From Patescibacteria group bacterium (GTDB taxonomy: Bacteria > Patescibacteriota > Microgenomatia > UBA10105 > UBA927): a DNA stretch of 64,000 bases. The stretch spans positions 64,784-128,783 of the forward strand of contig JBMOPU010000033.1 in the NCBI GenBank assembly GCA_049322955.1, in the 5' to 3' direction. The translations under genes and the position numbers were made by a program. The notes beneath the pieces are model-generated. The model made no database searches. It was not told the DNA's origin and saw nothing but the letters and a program-made list of their open reading frames with translations. Below are positions 36,801 to 45,899 of the stretch, piece after piece. Positions within the stretch are counted from its first letter, which is position 1. Each line of letters begins with the position of its first letter.

Positions 36801-37508
36801 ATGGCCATGTACCGCTATGTCAAAACTGTTCCCCGTCCGCCGGTGGCACGCCCGGTTGTTTTTTCGTATGTTTTGATGTCTATCGGGGTCCTCATCATCA
36901 TGTGGACCGTATGGCCTATCCTTTCGTTTTTCTTTGTTGATCAGGTGGTATTAGCCAAAACGGTGAGTCCGCTTTCTGATCCGACGGGCATGAGTACGGG
37001 AGCGGCGCTCGTCTATGCAAACGGCGCAAAAGATACGACGGATCCCAATACCTGGTTCCCGACCAAGCCGCAGAAAAAGAACTCGGCACAGGTCAACAGT
37101 TACACGCTCACCATACCATCGCTGGGGATTTCATCGGCCTCGGTCATCATCGCGGGAGATGATTTGGCAAAAAGCCTTATCCATTACGGCGGTACCGCAA
37201 ATCCCGGAGACTACGGAAATACCGTTATTTTCGGGCATTCCACCTTGCCGCAGTTTTTTCGCGGCATCAAAGACTACAAAACGATATTCGCCACGCTCCC
37301 CACAATCAAAGTGGGAGACGAGATACGGGTAACGTTTGACGGTTTGGATTATAAATATGTCGTAACCGACAAAGTTGTCGTGGAGCCTACCGACTTAACG
37401 CCGCTTGAACAGCGGTTTGATGATTCGTATCTGACGCTTGTTACCTGCGTACCGCCGGGAACCTATCTGTATCGACTGAATGTCAAAGCAAAACTGGTGC
37501 GTATATAA
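36801..37508 (+). CDS. Sortase-family transpeptidase
   Basis: N-terminal TM. Catalytic His in VIFGHSTLPQFF, the active-site motif LTLVTC (TLxTC), and a conserved Arg near the C-terminus (YRLNVKAKLVRI). Confidence 0.75.
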   Translation: MAMYRYVKTVPRPPVARPVVFSYVLMSIGVLIIMWTVWPILSFFFVDQVVLAKTVSPLSDPTGMSTGAALVYANGAKDTTDPNTWFPTKPQKKNSAQVNSYTLTIPSLGISSASVIIAGDDLAKSLIHYGGTANPGDYGNTVIFGHSTLPQFFRGIKDYKTIFATLPTIKVGDEIRVTFDGLDYKYVVTDKVVVEPTDLTPLEQRFDDSYLTLVTCVPPGTYLYRLNVKAKLVRI

Positions 37509-37540
37509 CCAATATTTATCAAAGAAAGGAACCGTACCCT

Positions 37541-38800
37541 ATGTCCGCAAATTCACAACAAAAAGCAATTGATGCGATCAAAAAAAAGCTTGTCGGCAAA
37601 AGTTTAAACTATGATGAAATTTATGCCATCATGGATGAAATAGCCACCGAAAAACTCAGTCCCGTGCTCACCACGTATTTTGCGGCGGCAGGGTTCAAAG
37701 AAGGGTTTTCCGATGATGAACTGTACTCGCTCACGAAAGCGATGGTGGCGACGGGTCCGCGGTTAAAATTCAGCGGGATTGTGGCGGATAAACATTCCGC
37801 GGGAGGGGTTGCCGGCACACGAACGACCATGATCGTCGTCCCGATAATCGCGGCGGCAGGCTATAAAATCCCGAAAACTTCCACGAGAGCGATCACGTCT
37901 CCCGCGGGGACGGCGGACACCATGGAAGTAGTCGCTCCCGTGACCTTTACGACCGCACAGATCACCCATATCGTCGAAAAAGTCGGCGGCTGTATCGTGT
38001 GGGGCGGACATGTGGGACTTGCTCCCGCGGACGATATATTAATCCAGGTCGAGCGACCGCTCGCGTTTGAATCCTACGACAAAATCATCGTTTCGGTAAT
38101 GGCGAAAAAAATTGCCTCGGGAGCAAACCATCTGGTGCTTGACCTCCCGGTGGGACCCACGATGAAAATCCAGCATTTTAAGGATGCGGAGCTCATGGCG
38201 AAAAAGTTTATGATGCTCGGCAAAAAATTTAAGATGCATATTGTTATCGACATCAATGAAGTTCGCCAAAATGCCGGTCGGGGCATCGGCCCGGTGCTTG
38301 AGGCACGCGATGTGTTTCAGGTATTGGAACAGGCTCCGGAACGACCCTTAGCATTGGAAGCAAAAGCACTGCGGCTTGCAGGCAAACTTTTGTCGATTTG
38401 CTTTGCCGATACGCCCGGCAAAAAAGGTATGGACGGTGAAGAGGCGGCAAGAGAAATACTCTCAAGCGGTAAAGCGCTTGCCAAAATGCGCGAAATAATC
38501 AAAGCACAGGGAGGAGAACCGGGTGTCGTGAGCAGTAAATTGACACCGGGGAAGGAAGTCTATGAATTAAAGGCTCCCAAAAAAGGTATGATTGCCTCGA
38601 TGAATAACCAGCAAATAACGGTGATTTGCCGCATTCTCGGATGTCCCACGGATAAACGGGCGGGGATGTATTTGAATCGAAAACTTGAAGAGCGGGTGGA
38701 TAAAGGTGATATACTAGCTACGATTTACAGTTCGGATAAATGGCGTCTCAAGGAAGCGGCGGAAACGCTCAAGACGATGCCCGTTTATACCGTTGAATAA
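37541..38800 (+). CDS. Thymidine phosphorylase-family enzyme (pyrimidine-nucleoside/AMP phosphorylase, DeoA-like)
   Basis: HSAGGVAGTRTTMIVVPIIAAAGYKIPKTSTRAITSPAGTADTME aligns with the TP consensus HSTGGVGDK.S..LAP..AA.G..V.MMSGRGLGHTGGTLDKLE. Size is 419 aa. Confidence 0.8.
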   Translation: MSANSQQKAIDAIKKKLVGKSLNYDEIYAIMDEIATEKLSPVLTTYFAAAGFKEGFSDDELYSLTKAMVATGPRLKFSGIVADKHSAGGVAGTRTTMIVVPIIAAAGYKIPKTSTRAITSPAGTADTMEVVAPVTFTTAQITHIVEKVGGCIVWGGHVGLAPADDILIQVERPLAFESYDKIIVSVMAKKIASGANHLVLDLPVGPTMKIQHFKDAELMAKKFMMLGKKFKMHIVIDINEVRQNAGRGIGPVLEARDVFQVLEQAPERPLALEAKALRLAGKLLSICFADTPGKKGMDGEEAAREILSSGKALAKMREIIKAQGGEPGVVSSKLTPGKEVYELKAPKKGMIASMNNQQITVICRILGCPTDKRAGMYLNRKLEERVDKGDILATIYSSDKWRLKEAAETLKTMPVYTVE

Positions 38801-38993
38801 TATGTTCAAAAACATGTTGGCGCCGGTACAGGCATGGCTCCTCAGTCAGGGGAAATGTGTCGGATGCGGCAAGGCACTTGGAACCGGAACGGGCAATGAT
38901 ATCGTGCGCATCGTATGCACCTGCGGACGAATTTATATGTACGATCCGGCGGCAAAAAAATACCGCCGTGCGCTTCTCAATGAAATCAAATAA
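38793..38993 (+). CDS. Small zinc-ribbon-like protein (CVGCG...CTCG)
   Basis: 66-aa ORF in the 200-nt gap between deoA-like and mltG, with four Cys arranged CxxC-(21)-CxC. Coding status is unverified. Confidence 0.3.
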   Translation: MNNMFKNMLAPVQAWLLSQGKCVGCGKALGTGTGNDIVRIVCTCGRIYMYDPAAKKYRRALLNEIK

Positions 38994-39000
38994 CACAGTT

Positions 39001-39960
39001 ATGACCAGAGTGACCGTATTTCTTATCGTTCTGATTCTCGTGGTCGGCGGGGCGCTTGCCTGGTGGTTTGACAGTACGAGAGCATCGGACGGCACCGATA
39101 AAACGCCGGTGGCGTTTCGGATCAATGCGGGAGACGGCGTACGGGTGATAGCCGCAAATCTTGCGGAGGAAAATCTCATTCGCAGTCCCACCGCATTCTT
39201 CGTATTGATTAAACTCATGGGTATAGAGCGTAATTTACAGGCGGGAGAATTCCGCCTGAATCGTGCCATGGACAGCAGAACCGTGGCACGTGAGTTGACC
39301 CATGGATTTCAGGATACCTGGATAACCACGCTCGAGGGATGGCGCAACGAAGAAATTGCCGCGGCGTTATCCAAAAATCTTGATATCCCCGAAAGCGAAT
39401 TTCTGAAAGTCGCCAAGCTCGGCTATATGTTTCCCGATACGTATTTAGTGCCGCAGGATGCAACGGCAGGGGCTATCATCACGCTTTTTACCGCGGCATT
39501 CGATAAAAAAGTCACCCCGGAGATGCGTGCGGATATCAGGGCATCGGGTATGACGCTTCACGAGGTCATTACGCTCGCATCAATCGTCGAACGGGAAGGG
39601 CACACCGATGAAGATCGTCCGATTATTGCGGGGATCCTCCTCAACAGATTGAAGGCGGGGTGGCCGCTCCAAGCCGATGCGACATTACAATTCGCGCTGG
39701 GCTACCAGGCGAAAGAAAAAACCTGGTGGAAGAAAGTATTATATGACGAAGATAAAAAGATTAATTCTCCGTACAACACGTATGCAAACACGGGACTTCC
39801 TCCTGGTCCGATCAGTAACCCGGGGATTGCCTCTATTCGCGCGGCGATATATCCCAAACAAACTTCATACTGGTTCTATCTCCACGATCCATCGGGAGCC
39901 GTGCATTATGCGGAAACCCTAGACGAACATAACGCGAATATTGCCAAGTACCTACGGTAA
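39001..39960 (+). CDS. mltG: Endolytic murein transglycosylase MltG (YceG-like)
   Basis: N-terminal TM (VTVFLIVLILVVGGALAWW) and a YceG domain (..LQAGEFRLNRAMDSRTVARELT... GLPPGPISNPG). Confidence 0.8.
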   Translation: MTRVTVFLIVLILVVGGALAWWFDSTRASDGTDKTPVAFRINAGDGVRVIAANLAEENLIRSPTAFFVLIKLMGIERNLQAGEFRLNRAMDSRTVARELTHGFQDTWITTLEGWRNEEIAAALSKNLDIPESEFLKVAKLGYMFPDTYLVPQDATAGAIITLFTAAFDKKVTPEMRADIRASGMTLHEVITLASIVEREGHTDEDRPIIAGILLNRLKAGWPLQADATLQFALGYQAKEKTWWKKVLYDEDKKINSPYNTYANTGLPPGPISNPGIASIRAAIYPKQTSYWFYLHDPSGAVHYAETLDEHNANIAKYLR

Positions 39961-39973
39961 GCTTGTTTTTCTC

Positions 39974-41788
39974 ATGAAGTCACTACTGCGGTTGGTTATT
40001 TTACTTTTTTTGTGTGGTATAGCGCTTGTGAGCGTTCGGACGGTGCATGCCAGGCCTCAGGGAGCTGGCGGTTCTTCAAACGGCATTTCGGTGGGGAACG
40101 GTTCAGTACGCATCCGCTATGAGATAAATACCACGACGGGGAGCACGACGGAACAATCAAAGACGACGACCGCCACGGGTGAATATATACAGTCCTATGA
40201 ATCCCGTGCGCAACTGATGAAAGACGGGTCGGTGTCCTTCACCGAACGGATTTTGTATCATTTCCCCGAACCCCGACACGGTATATTCCGGATGATCCCG
40301 TATATAAAAACAAACGATAACGGCAAACAATATGCGATGGCCATAGATAACTTTTCCGTTACCGATGAAAATAATACTCCCTACCACTTTAGCGTGACTG
40401 ACGACGGGGGAGCCAAAACTTATAAAATCGGGGATCCCGATGAAACGATAGATGGCTTGCACTGGTATGTTCTTACCTATACGGTAAAGGGAGCGCTTAC
40501 GTATTTCCCCGGGCATGATGAACTGTATTGGAATGCGGTAGGGACATCCTGGCAAATTCCGATGCTTCAGGCTTCCGCGATAGTGACACTTCCGGAACCG
40601 ATACCCGATGACGCGGTGCATATGAATTGTTTTGTGGGGGGTGCGGGATCGAAGGAAACCGCATGTACGACCTCGTATAAAAACCGTGACATTACGGTAA
40701 CGTCACAAAGGATCCTCACCGCCGGAGAAGGGCTTACCTATACGGTCGGCATTCCCAAAGGAACGGTTGCCGTATTGGAAGCTACCGAAGTAATTCCGTG
40801 GTACAACACAGTACAGGGGAGAATACTGTTAGCGGTTTTCGGCATTGCGGCATTCTTCTGGTATATCGTTGCCCCGATTGTCGTCGTCATAAAATGGTGG
40901 ACATCGGGACGTGATCCGAAACCCGCAATGGGAGAAGTATCCGCTTGGTTTGCCCCACCCAAGACCCCGAGCCGGAGACTTCTGACGCCCGCGGAAACGG
41001 GGACGCTTGTTGATGAAAAAGCCGATTTACGGGATATTTATGCATCGATAATCGATCTCGCCCGCCGAGGATATATAAAGATTATCGAGACAAAAAAGAA
41101 TGCATTTGATTTTGAGAAAATGAAGGATTGGGTGGCCGATACGGCTTTGCTTCCTTTTGAACGTGAGCTTCTGAGCGGAATATTTTCATCGGGTGATCGG
41201 GTAAGTATCGCGTCGCTTGATGTTGTAAAAACGCTCGAAAAAGTGAAATCCATGTTGTATGAATCGTTGGTGAACGAGAAATTTTTTCCGTCGAATCCCA
41301 ATACACTTCGGGGATGGTATGTAGCATTGGGTGTGTTATCCGTTGTGTTTTTTAATCCCGTGTTGCTCCTGGTTTCCCTTATTTTCGGTCAGGCAATGCC
41401 GAAGAAAACGCTTTTCGGAGCGGAACAGGCGGCGGTAGCCAGAAGTCTCAAAAATTTTCTCACAAGCCAGGATAAGCAACTTGCATTCCAGGCAAAAAAT
41501 CAGCTTATGTTTGAAAAACTTCTTCCTTTTGCCGTGGCGTTCGGGGTGGAAGGAATTTGGGCGGAGCGATTTAAAGAATTGGGACTCAAGAATCCCGATT
41601 GGTATCAGTCATCTACGGGCACGCGATTTAACAGCGTCGTGTTTGCCCGCAGTATCGGCAGTGGCATGAGTGTGTCATTTGCCGCATCCATAACGGCACA
41701 TGCTTCTACCGGACATTCTTCGGGGTTTTCATCGGGCGGAGGATTCTCGGGCGGCGGCGGAGGTGGCGGCGGCGGGGGGAGTTGGTAA
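39974..41788 (+). CDS. DUF2207-family membrane protein with an N-terminal signal, a large extracellular domain, several TM segments and a C-terminal poly-Gly/Ser tail (SGGGFSGGGGGGGGGGSW)
   Basis: The architecture and composition are consistent with DUF2207. The start is set at MKSLLRL to avoid overlap with mltG. Confidence 0.45.
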   Translation: MKSLLRLVILLFLCGIALVSVRTVHARPQGAGGSSNGISVGNGSVRIRYEINTTTGSTTEQSKTTTATGEYIQSYESRAQLMKDGSVSFTERILYHFPEPRHGIFRMIPYIKTNDNGKQYAMAIDNFSVTDENNTPYHFSVTDDGGAKTYKIGDPDETIDGLHWYVLTYTVKGALTYFPGHDELYWNAVGTSWQIPMLQASAIVTLPEPIPDDAVHMNCFVGGAGSKETACTTSYKNRDITVTSQRILTAGEGLTYTVGIPKGTVAVLEATEVIPWYNTVQGRILLAVFGIAAFFWYIVAPIVVVIKWWTSGRDPKPAMGEVSAWFAPPKTPSRRLLTPAETGTLVDEKADLRDIYASIIDLARRGYIKIIETKKNAFDFEKMKDWVADTALLPFERELLSGIFSSGDRVSIASLDVVKTLEKVKSMLYESLVNEKFFPSNPNTLRGWYVALGVLSVVFFNPVLLLVSLIFGQAMPKKTLFGAEQAAVARSLKNFLTSQDKQLAFQAKNQLMFEKLLPFAVAFGVEGIWAERFKELGLKNPDWYQSSTGTRFNSVVFARSIGSGMSVSFAASITAHASTGHSSGFSSGGGFSGGGGGGGGGGSW

Positions 41789-41791
41789 CCG

Positions 41792-42034
41792 TTACAGCGG
41801 CAGTGTGGGCTGATTATCCGGTATCTTTGGGTGTTGTTCTTTTTTTTCTTTTTCTTCGAGTGTCCCCGATACCATGAGCTCCAACAGGTCGTTTCTTAAA
41901 ATTGCATAGATGCCGTGGCCGCCGGCGGAAAGGTGCCTGGCTTTCAGTTTCTTCGTCGCTATCCATCGGCGTATCGTACCCGGTTGTTTGTGGAGAAAAT
42001 GTGCCGCCTCTTCGACCGTGACGATATCTTGCAT
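41792..42034 (-). CDS. Excisionase-family (MerR-like) helix-turn-helix DNA-binding protein
   Basis: 80 aa. VTVEEAAHFLHKQPGTIRRWIATKKLKA matches the HTH_17/excisionase-family consensus (lt..EaA..L.vs..t.rrwi..G.l.a). Confidence 0.55.
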   Translation of the reverse strand: MQDIVTVEEAAHFLHKQPGTIRRWIATKKLKARHLSAGGHGIYAILRNDLLELMVSGTLEEKEKKEQHPKIPDNQPTLPL

Positions 42035-42043
42035 AATCGGCTC

Positions 42044-42069
42044 GAGTATAGCATACCCGTGCTATACTC
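42044..42069. promoter_or_regulatory. Perfect 10-bp inverted repeat GAGTATAGCA-tacccg-TGCTATACTC in the divergent intergenic region between the HTH gene and the DsbA-like gene. It is a candidate operator that overlaps -10-like boxes for both genes.
   Basis: Read directly from the sequence. The TATACT at 42063-42068 lies 10 nt before the ATG at 42079. Confidence 0.5.
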
Positions 42070-42078
42070 AGTAGCGAT

Positions 42079-42867
42079 ATGAAATTATCGGTGATTTTGT
42101 TCGCTGGTATGGTCGCAACACTGATTTTTCCCCGTGCTATTCGGGCACAGGAAAATTCGGTGCTTCGTTCGATAAACCTCAAACCGGAAACGATCCAGGC
42201 ACTTACCCGGATAGGGATTCCCATGGGGGCGGAATCGGCAAAATATGACGTGTTTGTATTGGCGGATGCCTCGGAAGAAGGAAGAAGCGGCAAGGTGCTT
42301 GTTGATCAACTGCAGGCACTCATGGCAAAGTACCCCAAGGATATTCGCCTGTGGTATGTGCATTTTCTCTTAGTGTATCGGGAAGCACGCGCCGATGTTT
42401 TGGTTTCGTCAGGATGTCTGGGTGAGCAAAATGCGTTTTGGTCCAATATCAGGGCTTATGTGGCAAACGAGGCAAAACCATATCCGCCGCTCGGGCTCTA
42501 CCCGGGAATAACCGATCCCGAAAAATATGCCGATTGCGTAGCAAACGAGAATAACCCGACCCACAAACGAAGAATTACCACTGATAAGGAATTGGGACAA
42601 CAACTCCTGTCGCAAGTGGATGCCGTGGGTATACCCGCTATGGTCTTTGTCGATGTAAAAAAACCCTCACAGGCAATACTTTTGCAGGGCGCGTATCCCA
42701 CCGAGGAGTTTATCCGCGCATTTGAAGAACTGAAAACCCGTGACGGCGGCAAAGATTTACCGCCCAGTGAAAATAAAAAACCCGAACCCGTTACTCCTTC
42801 CGGAAATATTTTTGAGCGGCTCGCCGCCGCGTTGCGGGCTTTTTGGCAAACATTAACGGCAAAATAA
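42079..42867 (+). CDS. Secreted thioredoxin-fold (DsbA-like) protein lacking a CxxC active site
   Basis: It has a signal peptide. The C-terminal part (GIPAMVFVD...GAYPTEEFIRAFEEL) resembles the DsbA fold. No CxxC motif is present, so it may be a pseudo-oxidoreductase or a binding protein. Confidence 0.35.
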   Translation: MKLSVILFAGMVATLIFPRAIRAQENSVLRSINLKPETIQALTRIGIPMGAESAKYDVFVLADASEEGRSGKVLVDQLQALMAKYPKDIRLWYVHFLLVYREARADVLVSSGCLGEQNAFWSNIRAYVANEAKPYPPLGLYPGITDPEKYADCVANENNPTHKRRITTDKELGQQLLSQVDAVGIPAMVFVDVKKPSQAILLQGAYPTEEFIRAFEELKTRDGGKDLPPSENKKPEPVTPSGNIFERLAAALRAFWQTLTAK

Positions 42868-42879
42868 AACGGATCATTC

Positions 42880-43977
42880 ATGAACGGCAATATGAGACGA
42901 TTCATTCCCGCGGTACTGTTGCTTTTCCTTTTCGTGGGCGGCATGGGATGGCAGTTGGGGAAAGCCAAAAGACCTCCTCCCGTCTCTCTTACCGTTTCTA
43001 TTCCGATTGTCGTTACCCCGACGCCGACGGCGCCGTCGTTGGATCCGGTATCTCTTGAAAGCGTTTTCCGTTCTGATCACACGAAAGCGAGAGCACTTCC
43101 GGAAGAAAAAACGGTAACACTTGTTGCAACCGGCGACGTGATACCTGCCCGAAGCGTCAATTATAAAATGGCGACGGGACACGGGTTTTTATGGCCGTGG
43201 GAAAAAACGGCGGACATCCTTCGATCCGCCGATCTTACGGTCATCAATCTCGAAACCCCGCTCCTCAGTTCATGTCCCGTCACGGTCGAGGGGATGCTCT
43301 TTTGCGGTGACGCGAAAGCGGTGGAAGGACTTGTGTATGCGGGCGTTGATGTGGCGACGCTCGGCAATAATCACATCGGTAATCACTTTGAAGCGGGGGT
43401 AGAAGAAACAAAGCAACATCTGCTTGCGGCGGGTATCACCCCCGTTGCAACGGGAATCGCATATAAGGCAGTAAAAGGCATCCGCTTTGCGTTTCTGTCC
43501 TATAACGACATCGGGGCTCCTGAAGCGGGTGTTCCGTGGGCGGATGAGGAACGGATTCAGAGCGATATTGGAGAAGCCAGAAACAATGCCGATGTGGTGA
43601 TTGTTTCTTATCATTGGGGAGTAGAGTACGTCACGCAACCAAACGACCGGCAACGTCGACTTGCTCATTTATCGGTCGATGCGGGGGCAGACGTGGTGCT
43701 CGGGAATCATCCGCACTGGATACAGCCGATCGAAATTTATAAAGAGAAGTTTATTATGTACGCCCACGGTAATTTCGTATTTGACCAGGAGTGGAGTGAG
43801 GAAACGAAACGGGGAGTGGTCGGTCGCTATGTGTTTTACGATAAAAAACTCGTTGATGTCGAATACCTGCCCGTTCGTATTGTCGACTACGGCCAACCGT
43901 ACTTCCTGGAAGGACAGGAAAAACAGACTATCTTGGATTCCCTGCGTACGGCAAGTATGGAGCTTCACTCAAAATAG
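42880..43977 (+). CDS. capA: CapA/PGA_cap-family metallophosphatase-like protein (poly-gamma-glutamate capsule biosynthesis family), membrane-anchored
   Basis: N-terminal TM followed by TLVATGDVIPARSV... NNHIGNHFEAG ... VIVSYHWGVEY ... GADVVLGNHPHWIQP, which are conserved PGA_cap motifs. Confidence 0.7.
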   Translation: MNGNMRRFIPAVLLLFLFVGGMGWQLGKAKRPPPVSLTVSIPIVVTPTPTAPSLDPVSLESVFRSDHTKARALPEEKTVTLVATGDVIPARSVNYKMATGHGFLWPWEKTADILRSADLTVINLETPLLSSCPVTVEGMLFCGDAKAVEGLVYAGVDVATLGNNHIGNHFEAGVEETKQHLLAAGITPVATGIAYKAVKGIRFAFLSYNDIGAPEAGVPWADEERIQSDIGEARNNADVVIVSYHWGVEYVTQPNDRQRRLAHLSVDAGADVVLGNHPHWIQPIEIYKEKFIMYAHGNFVFDQEWSEETKRGVVGRYVFYDKKLVDVEYLPVRIVDYGQPYFLEGQEKQTILDSLRTASMELHSK

Positions 43978-44061
43978 CGGACGGGAGAAACGCTCATGTC
44001 GAAAGTATCGCTGAAGGTACGCGGGTATGAGTAAAAAGCGACACGTCGTGCGGACTGTTTT

Positions 44062-44916
44062 CTACAGCAGGGTATTATATTCCAGTATGAGCGCGACATC
44101 CTGATTATTCAGCGGTTGGGTTTCACGCATACGGGTGAGAATTGATCCGAGAATTATCTGCTGACGTTTCAGTTTTTTATAATATGCGTCTGTATAGCGG
44201 GGATTTTTCTTCAGGCGCTGTATAAACCAAATCAGCGGATGCAGGTTGGCATTCACCGCGGCAAACTCGGCTTCATATAATTGTTTTTCCGTATCTTTGT
44301 AGCCGAGATATTCGGCGGTACCTCCGGGGATGGCAAAAAGCTGTACTGCATAATTGACGTAATATTGTTTAAACGGTCCTTCGACGATTGCCGCTCCCGT
44401 GTCGGTGAGCGTGGGATCGAGTAAATTATTGCGGTGTGACGTGCTGTTCATAAATCCTTCGACAAAATTTGATGCCGAGATTCCTCCCATGCCGATATTT
44501 TCGGTGGCATAGATAAACGAATAGTGAAGCTTCGGCAATACGGTACCCAACTCGATGCCTTCGTACGGATCCTGATGGGAAAAATTCTGATGTTTCTTCA
44601 TCACTTCGGCGCGCATTTTTGCCGCACGCATAAGAGTGGCGTTGAGGCGCAATGCGGGGGCGTTTGCTTTGGCTCGAACGATATTAATTTCATTGACGAA
44701 ATCAATAGGATCTATTGCCTGGGCGCCCAACACCGAATCCCCGACGGTCGAAAGGGTCAGCGGACCGCTTAACGCGGTTTGGGAAATCTGATGCGGCACG
44801 GGAAGCGGGGCGAGTACCGTTTGTTTCGGAGCGGTGATAAAGCCGTATGCAAAACAAAGCAAGAGGACGGCAAAAATAGCGCCCGAGCGATACGTTCCGA
44901 TCCGTTTGGCGGTCAT
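44062..44916 (-). CDS. Secreted CAP/SCP (YkwD-like) domain protein with an additional C-terminal domain
   Basis: Signal or TM, then NEINIVRAKANAPALRLNATLMRAAKMRAEVMKKHQNFSHQDP, which resembles the YkwD/CAP consensus. Confidence 0.45.
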   Translation of the reverse strand: MTAKRIGTYRSGAIFAVLLLCFAYGFITAPKQTVLAPLPVPHQISQTALSGPLTLSTVGDSVLGAQAIDPIDFVNEINIVRAKANAPALRLNATLMRAAKMRAEVMKKHQNFSHQDPYEGIELGTVLPKLHYSFIYATENIGMGGISASNFVEGFMNSTSHRNNLLDPTLTDTGAAIVEGPFKQYYVNYAVQLFAIPGGTAEYLGYKDTEKQLYEAEFAAVNANLHPLIWFIQRLKKNPRYTDAYYKKLKRQQIILGSILTRMRETQPLNNQDVALILEYNTLL

Positions 44917-44976
44917 AGGAAAAGTATAGCATTGTGACGCGTTCTTCTTACGAATGCATAGGGATACGGTGTGTTG

Positions 44977-45846
44977 TTATATTTTGAATTTTTCAACAAG
45001 GAAGGTCGACGCGACGATAATTGCTCCGCCGATCAGTTCCGTTGGCGTGAGTCGTTCACCAAGAAGCGGATAGGAAAGCAGTGCCACAAATACGGGGGTG
45101 ATCGAAAAAACCATCGTGACAAATGACGCGGTGGCAAACGTATATGCACGGTTTCGCGCCATGGTAAGCGTAAAAGAAAACGCCGCACCGATAAGAATCA
45201 TGAACATATTTACGGGAAGCGCAAGTGTGCCGCTCACGTACCCGAAGAGAAGCAATGAAGCGGCCGACACCAGAGAAATAACGGACCCGCTTAAATCCGG
45301 ATGCATTCGGGAAACGGTGTGCTTGATAAGGATGTTGGCGACAAACGCGGCCGATGCCGCCATGAGAAGTGTGTACATGTCACCGGTGGTGAGTGCGATT
45401 ATTTGGCCTCCCGTCGTGAGTAGGTACGACCCCGTAAGAATGAGCAGGGTGAGGAACCATTTCTTCATCGTGATCGCTTCCTTGAAAAATAGGTATGCAA
45501 AAATAATCGTAAATACCACAATCGTCCGATAAAGAAATGAAAAATTCACCGCTGAAGTGTTGGCAAGGGCGAGTGCTTGCAAATAGTTGATGCCGATAGA
45601 TGATGCGACGCCGATACCGACTAAATAGAGCTTAAATCTCGGCGAGAGTGCCTTGTATGCGGTGACGTGCCGCCGAAACAGGAACAGCCACGGAATAACC
45701 ATGGCTAGTCCGATCCATATGGTGAGATTGAGCGGTTTTTCACCGTGGGATAAAAGATATCGGGAGTTCACGATGGAACATGCCCAGAGGAACGAAGAGG
45801 TAACGGCAAAAATAAGACCTTTACTCACATTGGAAAATAATTTCAT
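44977..45846 (-). CDS. EamA/DMT-family transporter. The start is at MKLFSNV (45846), because the ORF-track N-terminal extension would overlap bcp.
   Basis: 10 TM segments in two EamA repeats. Confidence 0.55.
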   Translation of the reverse strand: MKLFSNVSKGLIFAVTSSFLWACSIVNSRYLLSHGEKPLNLTIWIGLAMVIPWLFLFRRHVTAYKALSPRFKLYLVGIGVASSIGINYLQALALANTSAVNFSFLYRTIVVFTIIFAYLFFKEAITMKKWFLTLLILTGSYLLTTGGQIIALTTGDMYTLLMAASAAFVANILIKHTVSRMHPDLSGSVISLVSAASLLLFGYVSGTLALPVNMFMILIGAAFSFTLTMARNRAYTFATASFVTMVFSITPVFVALLSYPLLGERLTPTELIGGAIIVASTFLVEKFKI

Positions 45847-45884
45847 AACTCCCGTTAGTATACCGTAATTACCGAAAGATACAT

Positions 45885-45892
45885 GGTAAAAT
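45885..45892 (+). promoter_or_regulatory. Extended -10 promoter TGGTAAAAT. The bcp ATG at 45900 lies 7 nt downstream, so the mRNA is predicted to be leaderless.
   Basis: Read directly from the sequence. Confidence 0.4.
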
Positions 45893-45899
45893 ATATCAT

